From assembly GCA_050633305.1 (NCBI GenBank), contig JBOEGF010000021.1:32001-96000 (forward strand): a stretch of 64,000 nt of DNA, written 5' to 3'. The notes under the pieces are model-generated. The model was not told the origin of the DNA, made no database searches, and saw nothing but the letters and a program-made list of their open reading frames with translations. Position 1 is the first letter of the stretch. The number at the start of each line of letters is the position of its first letter. The stretch comes from Nannocystales bacterium (GTDB taxonomy: Bacteria; Myxococcota_A; Polyangia; Nannocystales; Nannocystaceae). The position numbers and the translations under genes are program-made. Positions 1-8,594 of the stretch are shown here, one piece after another.

Positions 1-967
<967 letters not shown>

Positions 968-997
968 GGCGAGCGCTCGGGAGCTGCGTCCGTCCCC

Positions 998-1040
998 TCT
1001 ATAGACCGGTCTCGCGGGCCGGGATGCGCAAGAAAATCGG
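998..1040 (-). promoter_or_regulatory. Candidate ccoN promoter: CCGAT-N5-TGCGC half-matching box, 22 nt, then -10 TATAGA
   Basis: Box 1026-1040, hexamer 998-1003; same spacing as four neighbouring promoters. Confidence 0.55.
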
Positions 1041-1076
1041 GGAGGTGGCGCACGCCACTGCAGGATTTGCTGGGGC

Positions 1077-1601
1077 TCAATGTGGGACGACGACGACCGG
1101 GCACGGTGCCTGCCGAACCAGCTTGTCGACGGTGCTTCCGATCACGAATCGAGTGATTCGGTTGCGTCCACTGGCAGCGGTCACGAGTGCATCCGCGGTG
1201 ACTTCGCGGACGTACTCGAGGACGACGTCGACGGGCCGACCGGGTGCCGAGTGGAACACCGGGTCGAGGCCAGGGCAGAAGCGTTGTGCAATGGTGCTGA
1301 GGACCGCGTGGGCCTGCTTCTTGGAGGCGGTGTGCAGCTGGTCGATGTCGGTCGGGATCAACATGCTTCCCGGGCCATGGATGGCGGCCGTTGGGCTCAG
1401 GTCCAGCGTGGCGTGCAACAGATGCACTTTTCCATCCTCTGCGACCATCTTGCAGGCCATGGCGAGGGCCGAGACGGTTGCTTCGTTGACGATGACCCAG
1501 TGGTCGTCGCGCACTTGGATGGCACGGTCGACGTTGAGCTCGTTGGGGCTGTCGGGCTCGAAGGTGACGGGAACGACGACGGTCTGAAGAGCGAGGCTCA
1601 T
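1077..1601 (-). CDS. Universal stress protein (UspA family)
   Basis: TVVVPVTF N-terminus, GRPVDVVL, FVIGSTVDKLVRQAPCPVVVV C-terminus; start reset to ATG 1601. Confidence 0.9.
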   Translation of the reverse strand: MSLALQTVVVPVTFEPDSPNELNVDRAIQVRDDHWVIVNEATVSALAMACKMVAEDGKVHLLHATLDLSPTAAIHGPGSMLIPTDIDQLHTASKKQAHAVLSTIAQRFCPGLDPVFHSAPGRPVDVVLEYVREVTADALVTAASGRNRITRFVIGSTVDKLVRQAPCPVVVVPH

Positions 1602-1607
1602 GCTCTG

Positions 1608-1650
1608 TGTATGCCTGCGGTGCACCGTCCCAGAACGGCAAAACCTGCGC
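1608..1650 (-). promoter_or_regulatory. GCGCA-GGTTT-TGCCG box, 22 nt, then CATACA (-10-like)
   Basis: Box 1636-1650, hexamer 1608-1613, ATG 6 nt further. Confidence 0.6.
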
Positions 1651-1774
1651 GGTCGGCAGCTGCTTCGGCCGTTTCCGTAGAGGTCGCTCAATTGCCTATC
1701 GACGCAAACGGCGGAGCGGTCGCGTCGATAGGAAGGAACGCCGAGCGGGTCGGCTGCGCGGGGGTTGAGGACGC

Positions 1775-2302
1775 TCAGACCCCGACGTGGCCGGTCAAAC
1801 CCGACGCGGCGCGCACGCTGTCGCTGACGCGGACATTGTGCCGTGCGATGGGGCCGGCCTCGTCGTGGGGGACGATGTGGGTCGGTGGCGAGAGCGGCTC
1901 GGCAAGCTTTCCTTGGAGCAGTGACCGCACCGCTCGCAACGCGTCGATCGTCGTGAAAATGCCGACTGCGCGGTCTCCATCGCGGACAATGGTGCAGCCG
2001 ATCTTCTTGGCTTCCATCGACGAGACAACCTCTTCGAGGCTGGTGGTGGGCTCGCAGCTGAAGACGTCGGTGTGCATCGCGTCGGCGATCGTCGTGACCT
2101 CTCGCTTCCGGGCGCTGGCCTCAGCGACGTCGATGTCGCGCTGACTCAGAACGCCCACAACCATGGGGCCGCGGGTGATGAGCAAGTGGCGGATCTTGTT
2201 GGCCGACATGCGGTCCCGGGCGTCCGCGAGCGACAGGTCCACGTCGGCGCAGCAGACAACCGGGGTCATGAAGTCCGAGATGGTCCAGGTGGGAGCGTTC
2301 AT
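1775..2302 (-). CDS. CBS-pair domain protein
   Basis: ISDFMTPVV...IRHLLI...VVGVLSQRDI; IADAMHTDV...KKIGCTIV...VGIFTTIDAL; start reset to ATG 2302. Confidence 0.88.
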   Translation of the reverse strand: MNAPTWTISDFMTPVVCCADVDLSLADARDRMSANKIRHLLITRGPMVVGVLSQRDIDVAEASARKREVTTIADAMHTDVFSCEPTTSLEEVVSSMEAKKIGCTIVRDGDRAVGIFTTIDALRAVRSLLQGKLAEPLSPPTHIVPHDEAGPIARHNVRVSDSVRAASGLTGHVGV

Positions 2303-2308
2303 GCCCCT

Positions 2309-2435
2309 ACCTTGCGACAAGTGCCCGTGCGGCCCAGCGCATTCATCGCGGCGGCTCCGCTCCGAGAGCGCAAGAATTGCCGGCTGGATATGACGCACCA
2401 ATTGCCGGCGTCTGTGAGGCGGGGATGTCCACAGT
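2309..2435. promoter_or_regulatory. Divergent CBS/USP promoter region with three related boxes
   Basis: GCGCA-TTCAT-CGCGG 2337-2351, GCGCA-AGAAT-TGCCG 2368-2382, ACGCA-CCAAT-TGCCG 2393-2407; hexamers CAAGGT (minus, 2309-2314) and CACAGT (plus, 2430-2435), each 22 nt from the nearest box. Confidence 0.6.
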
Positions 2436-2446
2436 TGAGGTGCCGC

Positions 2447-2983
2447 ATGAACCTTCTGTCTTCCATCGACTCCATTCTCGTGCCCATCGCGTTCGAGTCG
2501 CCGCTCGCGGCAACGCCGGAGTCCGCCCTTGCGGTCGACTTCGAGGCTGGAGAGCACGTCACGATCACCAAGTCCGCCGCCCGAGCGCTGCAGGTCGCGG
2601 AAAACCTGGTGGGCGACGGTGTGCTCCACCTCGTGCACGCGACACCTGGGCTCGGAGGAATGTCGAGGTACGGGGGCATGCAGGGCGCGTGGTTGTCGGT
2701 CTCCGCGGCGGCGGAGGTGGACAAGGCGGCGCATGAGTATGCTTCTCGGGTGCTTGCGGGGCTGGCCAAGGGGCTGTGCCCGGAGGCGAAGGTCGAAGTC
2801 CACGCAGGACCGGGCCGGCCCTCGGATGTGATCCTCAACGTAGCCTCCCGTGTTCAGCCGGACTTGATCGTGCTCGCTGCGAGCGATCACGGCCGTGTTC
2901 GGCGCGCGTTCGGAAGCACGGCGGACCGCCTCGTGCACGAGGCCCGAGGAATGGTCCTCGTCGTCCCACCAGATCCGGGCTGA
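2447..2983 (+). CDS. Universal stress protein (UspA family)
   Basis: SILVPIAF, VLHLVHA, GRPSDVIL, FGSTADRLVHEARGMVLVVP; paralog of 1077-1601; GAGG upstream of ATG 2447. Confidence 0.9.
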   Translation: MNLLSSIDSILVPIAFESPLAATPESALAVDFEAGEHVTITKSAARALQVAENLVGDGVLHLVHATPGLGGMSRYGGMQGAWLSVSAAAEVDKAAHEYASRVLAGLAKGLCPEAKVEVHAGPGRPSDVILNVASRVQPDLIVLAASDHGRVRRAFGSTADRLVHEARGMVLVVPPDPG

Positions 2984-3011
2984 GCTCGGTGCGGACTCTC
3001 GCCGAGAGACC

Positions 3012-3992
3012 CTACTCGGGATGCGGTGCGCTGATCTGCCGAGGCTCGAAGGGAGCCAACGCCGTGAAGGCCTCGCTACGCCGCTCGCACGCCTTCACCG
3101 CACACTCCCGACAGCAGCGGGGCACGCAGGGTTCGAGTTGAACCTGGACCTCGCTCGGAACCGTGAACACCGACGCGATCCGGGCTTCGGTCTGCTCCTG
3201 GAGTGCGCGCCCGCGCTCCAGCGTCCACATCCAGGGAGCCCGCGCGTGCAGTAGGACGACGACGTTCGACGTCGCGTCCAAGACCCTGAGGTCGTGTGGC
3301 TCGAGCAGCCCCTCGAGCGGTGGCTGGCGGAGCGCGGCCGCGATACGCTCGGTGTACTCGGGGCTGCGGGTGTCGAGGAGGCCTCGTGCAGCTCCCGAGA
3401 CCACGCTTGTCCCCGTGTAGGCGATCCAGAGTGCGAGGAGGCAGGCCGCAGCGGGATCGATCCAAACGAGCCCGGTGAGTTCGACGAGTCCGACTGCCGC
3501 CAGGACCCCAACCGTGCTGACGGCATCGGTCAGCAGGTGTCGGCCGTCCGCGACAAGTGCGGGGGACCCGGTACGACCGCCGGTGCGGATCAAGAGGCCA
3601 CCAAACACTCCGTTGCCTACCGCAGTGAGCCCGACGAGCAGAGTTCCCCACCCGAGGTGTTCGATCGGCTGGGGTGCGAACACGGCGGGGATGGCGTTCC
3701 AGGCGATGATGAACGCCGCAGCGAGCAGGAGCGCGCCCTCAAACGCGGCGGCGAGGAGCTCTGCCTTGCCGTGACCGAAGGGGTGCTCCGCATCGGCGGG
3801 TTCGGCCGCGCTGCGGACCGCCAACAGCATCACGCTCGCGGCCACCACGTTGACCACCGACTCGGCGGCATCGGAGAGCACGGCGCTGGACCCGGTGAGC
3901 CACGCCGCGACCATCTTTAACGCAAGCAGACCCAGCGCCACGGCGACGGCAAGCCGGGCCCAACGCAAGGAGGCCTGGTGCGTTTGGGTCAC
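3012..3992 (-). CDS. Cation diffusion facilitator (FieF/YiiP-like) metal efflux transporter
   Basis: GSSAVLSDAAESVVN, PADAEHPFGHGKAE, ADGRHLLTD, IDP motifs; six hydrophobic segments; GTG overlaps the upstream USP stop (GTGA). Confidence 0.92.
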   Translation of the reverse strand: MTQTHQASLRWARLAVAVALGLLALKMVAAWLTGSSAVLSDAAESVVNVVAASVMLLAVRSAAEPADAEHPFGHGKAELLAAAFEGALLLAAAFIIAWNAIPAVFAPQPIEHLGWGTLLVGLTAVGNGVFGGLLIRTGGRTGSPALVADGRHLLTDAVSTVGVLAAVGLVELTGLVWIDPAAACLLALWIAYTGTSVVSGAARGLLDTRSPEYTERIAAALRQPPLEGLLEPHDLRVLDATSNVVVLLHARAPWMWTLERGRALQEQTEARIASVFTVPSEVQVQLEPCVPRCCRECAVKACERRSEAFTALAPFEPRQISAPHPE

Positions 3993-4873
3993 TGGGCGGG
4001 TCCGAAGTCGGGGGGCACGACCGCGACCGGGACCGGAGCGAACGAGGCGAGTTCTCCTCCGACGCTGGCGGTGAAGATGCGCTCGGTCCGGGAGAGCCTT
4101 CGCGATCCGCAAACGATCATGGCAGCTTGGACGTCGTCTGCGACCTCCAGGAGTGCAGGGACGGTCGCGCCGACCTCGGAGCGGGGGGTCAGCGAGGCGC
4201 GTCCGTGTTCGGCCAGGAACGAGACCAGCTTGTCGGCTTCCTCTCGTCGGTATCGTTCACGCAGCGCGACGTAGTCCGCGTCGGGGAGCGTTGCCCACCC
4301 CAGGCCCCCGGGTCCTTGGAGGGCCTGCACGGCGAGAAGGGGGCGACCGACGGAGGTCGCGAGTGCTTCGCCGAAGCTCAATGCGGCGAGGGACGCTTCT
4401 GTGGCGTCTACCGCGACCATGACGGGGCCCACGCCAGCGGTGGCGGCCGTCCAGTCGGTGGGGACGACGACGGTGGGGCTGTGAAGTTGTCGTAGGGTTC
4501 GCCGGGCGATCCGTCCCAGTCGGACGAGGCTCCTGTTTTCGCGCGGAGCCTTGCGGCCCAAGAGCAGCGTGGCCCCCTCGTGTCCGGCGGTTTGGGACAG
4601 CGTCCTTGCGACGTCGGTCGAGAGCTCCGCGCGGACACCTCCGATGGCGGCGGATGCCGGGGAGCGCTCGACGAAGGCTTGCGTGGCCTGCTCGACGCGG
4701 CCGAGCATGTCGGCGGGGTCCGGTCCCGCGAACATGCCGGCGCGGTCGCGCAGAACCGCGAGCGCGGTCGCTGGGTTCGCACCTGGTTCGTGGGCATGCT
4801 CGCCAAGCCACGCCGCGAACTCCAGGGCGCCCAGGCAATCGTCTCGCAGGTTCGTGGCAACGATCCACTTCAT
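3989..4873 (-). CDS. Tandem-domain universal stress protein
   Basis: Two USP units: MKWIVATN...LGRIARRTLRQLHSPTVVVP and VMVAVD...ASVGGELASFAPVPVAVVP. Confidence 0.88.
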   Translation of the reverse strand: MKWIVATNLRDDCLGALEFAAWLGEHAHEPGANPATALAVLRDRAGMFAGPDPADMLGRVEQATQAFVERSPASAAIGGVRAELSTDVARTLSQTAGHEGATLLLGRKAPRENRSLVRLGRIARRTLRQLHSPTVVVPTDWTAATAGVGPVMVAVDATEASLAALSFGEALATSVGRPLLAVQALQGPGGLGWATLPDADYVALRERYRREEADKLVSFLAEHGRASLTPRSEVGATVPALLEVADDVQAAMIVCGSRRLSRTERIFTASVGGELASFAPVPVAVVPPDFGPAQ

Positions 4874-4879
4874 CCGCTC

Positions 4880-4922
4880 AATATGAGCCCGGGCGCGCAT
4901 CGCCGGCGCGCAAGCTCTGCGC
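4880..4922 (-). promoter_or_regulatory. Perfect GCGCA-N5-TGCGC box, 22 nt, then CATATT (-10-like)
   Basis: Box 4908-4922, hexamer 4880-4885, ATG 6 nt further. Confidence 0.65.
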
Positions 4923-4924
4923 CC

Positions 4925-5401
4925 TCAGGTCCGGGCCGACATCAGAGCTTCAACAGATTCGGCCAGTGTTTCGGGGGTCCAAGCGCCCTCTGGCAGGAAT
5001 GGGGGCAGCCAGGCTGCAGCCTCCTCGATCGAGGCCAGCATGCGCGTGGGACGTGGAGGTCTGCCGAGCAGCAAGAAGGTGTTGATGAAGGACCGAACCG
5101 CGATACCGGCGAATCCGGTCATCAAGATCACGTGGGCGCGTGCGACCTGGAACAGCATGGGGTCCCGCGTCAGTTCCACGGAGATCCGGCGGACGTCGTC
5201 GGAGAAGCTGGGCGTGCCGTCTGCCGCGATGTTGACCAAGGCGGCGGGCCCATGACTCGACTCGAACGCTCGGCCATGCTCGGCCATCGCCTCCATCTGC
5301 GAGAGCTGCGGGGCGCCGTCCCACACCGCGACGAACAGGTGGTCGAGCCCAAAGAATGTGACGCGCTCATCCCGAAACAACGGCGCGGGGCTGCGGCTCA
5401 C
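4925..5401 (-). CDS. Hypothetical protein, STAS/SEC14-like small alpha/beta domain of myxobacterial type
   Basis: LFVAVWDGAP, GFAGIAVRSFI, ASIEEAAAWL pattern; TACCCT 7 nt before GTG. Confidence 0.6.
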   Translation of the reverse strand: MSRSPAPLFRDERVTFFGLDHLFVAVWDGAPQLSQMEAMAEHGRAFESSHGPAALVNIAADGTPSFSDDVRRISVELTRDPMLFQVARAHVILMTGFAGIAVRSFINTFLLLGRPPRPTRMLASIEEAAAWLPPFLPEGAWTPETLAESVEALMSART

Positions 5402-5507
5402 GAGGTTGAGGGTACCCGGCTCGTGGGGAAGGCGGAGGGCCGACCTGCGCCTGACTCGACTGCTTTTTTGGGCCGTATCTGCGCGGGTGTCGTGGTACGC
5501 GGCTCGG

Positions 5508-6917
5508 CTAGCTGGATGAACTGACTCGTCGGATTCGAACCGTGACGTCGTGAGCGGGGGGGTAGATCCCCAACCCAGCCCGGCTGAACTCGAACGACGG
5601 GTCGGGGTCGGATCCCAGCTCGATGTCCCAGTGGGTCAGGACCGTCGTCATGAAGAGCTTGATCTCGTTGATCGCGAAGAATCGACCCGGGCACATGCTC
5701 GACCCGGCTCCGAAAGGCATCAGCGGCAGGGGGACGCGTTGGCCGTTCTTGTAGAATTGCTTGCGTCCTCCCTCGCCATGGAACCGGTCGTACTTGTACG
5801 TGAGCGGATCCTCGAACACGTCGGGGTCGCGGTGGGTGATGAAGGGAGCCAGACACACCCGGTCGCCTTTGCGGAGCGAGTACGTGCCGCCTTCGGTCTC
5901 GAGTGAGAAATCCTCGAGGGCTTCACGAACGGTGAGCGAGCCGCTGCTCAGTCGGAGCGCTTCTCGGATGGCGCTGTCGAGGATCTTGAGCGCATCCAGG
6001 TCGCAGGCTTTCGGGCCCCCTTGCGCGCTGCTGTGTTCCTTGACCTCCGCAAGCACCGCGGCGAGGCCTTCCGGGTTGCGCAGCAGCCAGTACAGCGTCC
6101 AGAACGTGGACGGAATGGTGTTGGCATGAATCGCCCACAGGGCAGGTAGTCGCATGTGGCCGCGCTGGGCAGGTGGAAGCGCATCGATGAATGGCTGCCG
6201 ATCGCGGATCCAATGGCTGGGATCCTTTCCCGGCAGCTTTGCCTGCCCGAGTCGTCCGAGTGCCTCGTGTCCGGCCCGTACCAGCGGACGCGGAAGCCCT
6301 GCGACCAACATCGGAAACTGCCGATCGAAGACTTCGAAGTCAGCTCGAAGCTCTTCGGTGACGATCCCTCCACCAAACAGCGCCTCGGTCCCAGCCCGAA
6401 ACATGATGTCCCAGATCATGTCGTACAGCTGGGCGTCCTTCCATGAGTCGGAGACAGCCTGTGGAATCAGGTCTTCGAGCCTGTCTCCCATGTTCGAGGA
6501 GAGTTCCTCGAGTCGCTCGCCCCGCAGCCGGGTTCGGCCGATGGTCTCGATCTCCTCCATGTCGAGCTTGTCGCGCGCATCGGGGAGGTTGAACGCTCGT
6601 GCGAGGATCCCGTCGCTGACCGGGTGAAAGCTCAGCTGCTTGGCCTTGAGTACAGCCGGCGTGCTCAACGGGTCGAGGACGAATGTCATCCGATCGCCAG
6701 CGATGAACAATGTGAAGACATCGCCATGTGCGGCTTGGCATCGCTGCACGAATGAGGTGGCGTCTTTCCCGAACGCAACTGCGACACCCATGTAGGGGAT
6801 CACACCGCGTACCAAGGGGGGCTCACCGTCGCGGCGGCGTCCGTTGGCGGCCTGCAGAGCGGCCCAGTAGCCCAAAGGGGCGAGCATCGAAGCCCCGATC
6901 GCGAGCAACGCGGACAC
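5508..6917 (-). CDS. Cytochrome P450 resembling the CYP7/CYP8 clan (sterol hydroxylase-like)
   Basis: Haem motif PFGAGSSMCPG, EALR (ExxR), I-helix LWAIHANTIPSTFW, N-terminal hydrophobic anchor followed by RRRDGEPP. Confidence 0.93.
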   Translation of the reverse strand: MSALLAIGASMLAPLGYWAALQAANGRRRDGEPPLVRGVIPYMGVAVAFGKDATSFVQRCQAAHGDVFTLFIAGDRMTFVLDPLSTPAVLKAKQLSFHPVSDGILARAFNLPDARDKLDMEEIETIGRTRLRGERLEELSSNMGDRLEDLIPQAVSDSWKDAQLYDMIWDIMFRAGTEALFGGGIVTEELRADFEVFDRQFPMLVAGLPRPLVRAGHEALGRLGQAKLPGKDPSHWIRDRQPFIDALPPAQRGHMRLPALWAIHANTIPSTFWTLYWLLRNPEGLAAVLAEVKEHSSAQGGPKACDLDALKILDSAIREALRLSSGSLTVREALEDFSLETEGGTYSLRKGDRVCLAPFITHRDPDVFEDPLTYKYDRFHGEGGRKQFYKNGQRVPLPLMPFGAGSSMCPGRFFAINEIKLFMTTVLTHWDIELGSDPDPSFEFSRAGLGIYPPAHDVTVRIRRVSSSS

Positions 6918-6951
6918 AAGCTTCGAATAGCACAGAGCGCTCGCGCTCGCC

Positions 6952-8313
6952 TCAACCTGCCGGTGGGTTCACTACGAGGTTGAGTCCAAACCCGGTCATG
7001 TCCGAGTATGTATAGGGATCGTCGAGGTCGTCGACGACAAGCTCAGTCGCGAATGTATCCGGGTTGATCTTGAACGCCGAGTCCACCGTCTGATCGACGA
7101 CCCAGATGAAGCCCTCGACGTCGATCGAGATGCCCACCGGTGTTGCGCAGCCGGGAAGCTCGATCGCCTCGGCCATGACATCGCCGGTGACCGTGTCGAT
7201 GAGGCCTAGGCCGCAACCGTTGGACGGACCGGTGTCGTCGACGGCGATCCAGGCCCGGTTGTCCCGATCGATCATCATGCCGCGCATCAGCTGGTTGCCG
7301 GTCTCGATCGTCTGCCACTGGGTCGTGCCGACGTCGTACTTCATCGCGACGCCGCGAGAGGTGAGCCACGGGTTTCCGAGCTGGTCGAGCGCCATTCCGT
7401 ACGAGAGCATCGGGTCCTTGCCCGGCTGGGGGGGAAGCTCGATGCGCTCGACCTCGAGGGTTTCGGAGTCGATTCGAATGAGGGGGCCCAGCTGCCAGCC
7501 GAGCACCCAGAAGTCTCCGTCGCGGTTCACCGCACCGCCGTAGGGGCCGTAGTCCAGGGCGTTCCACGGGATGTCGACCGTGTCTTGTATCTGCCCCGTG
7601 GCGCCGTCGAGTCGGTGGACACGCGCGACGTTGTCTTCGAATGCGTACCAGCCGACCCACAGTCGCGGGTTGGGGTCGGGGTCGCCGTTCTTCGTGAGCG
7701 TTCCTTCCCAGGCCGTGGGGCGCGGGCCGTGCTCGAAGATGTCGCTGGGGATCAGCAGGTTCCACGCGACGCACTCGTCCTCGCCCCAGGCCAACACATT
7801 GTCGGGTCCGTTCGAGGTCTCGATGCTGCCGTTGCCATTGCGGTCCTCGCAGTCTTCGACGCGTGTCACGATTTTTGTGACACCGCCGAACCCACCGATT
7901 TCACTGCCACGGTTGGAGACCGCTACATCGCCGAGCAGGTTGACCGAAGTTCGGGAGGGCTCCGCCTGGTCGTTGGGCCCCGTCTCGTAGCGTGCGACCT
8001 CTTCGCCGGTTTGCGTATCGATCTTCGAGACGGTCCCTGGATCCGAGTTGGCGATCCAGATGTAGCTGAACTCCACCTCGAGCGGAGGCTCGGGACCGGT
8101 GTCGGTATCCTCGCCGACGTCGAGTTTGTCTCCCGTGTCATCGCCGAGGGTGGGGTCCGTGCTGGTCGAAGGGGTGGAGGAACTCGTCGGGTTGTTGGTG
8201 GGGTTGGTCTGGGACTCCGCGACCTCGTCTTCACGCGGAGGCTCCGCGCAGCCCGCCAGCGCCGCTGCCATCAAAACCGCCCCTATTCGCACCCTTCCGT
8301 TCAAATCCTGCAT
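6952..8313 (-). CDS. Lipoprotein with Thr/Asp-rich linker and Vgb-like beta-propeller
   Basis: Lipobox ALAGC; FSYIWIANSDPGTVSKIDT, PSRTSVN, PYGGAV, PYTYSDMTG motifs common in myxobacterial propeller lipoproteins. Confidence 0.75.
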   Translation of the reverse strand: MQDLNGRVRIGAVLMAAALAGCAEPPREDEVAESQTNPTNNPTSSSTPSTSTDPTLGDDTGDKLDVGEDTDTGPEPPLEVEFSYIWIANSDPGTVSKIDTQTGEEVARYETGPNDQAEPSRTSVNLLGDVAVSNRGSEIGGFGGVTKIVTRVEDCEDRNGNGSIETSNGPDNVLAWGEDECVAWNLLIPSDIFEHGPRPTAWEGTLTKNGDPDPNPRLWVGWYAFEDNVARVHRLDGATGQIQDTVDIPWNALDYGPYGGAVNRDGDFWVLGWQLGPLIRIDSETLEVERIELPPQPGKDPMLSYGMALDQLGNPWLTSRGVAMKYDVGTTQWQTIETGNQLMRGMMIDRDNRAWIAVDDTGPSNGCGLGLIDTVTGDVMAEAIELPGCATPVGISIDVEGFIWVVDQTVDSAFKINPDTFATELVVDDLDDPYTYSDMTGFGLNLVVNPPAG

Positions 8314-8594
8314 CTAAGGTCCCGGCGAGCATGGTGCCTAGCGGGGGCGCGGCTGTCGAGGTGGACCGCGCCAGCGCGGAGTGGCTCCTCTTCGCGAACG
8401 TTTTCGCTTCGTGAGGGAGGCCCCGGTTGAAAGACGTGGGAGCGTCTGCTCGTGTCCCTGTCCAGTCGAACGTGGTGCAATGACGGACCTTGGGGGCGGC
8501 GCAAAACTCGCGAGTGCAACGCAACGCCGTTGCGGCCGACCCCTCGTTCGTGTTTCGGTGTGCCAGCTTCGCAGTGCCTGACGCTTCTTCCTTA

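Noticed and set aside
968..1076. FNR box upstream of ccoN
   Set aside because: No TTGAT-N4-ATCAA seen; a different motif is present.
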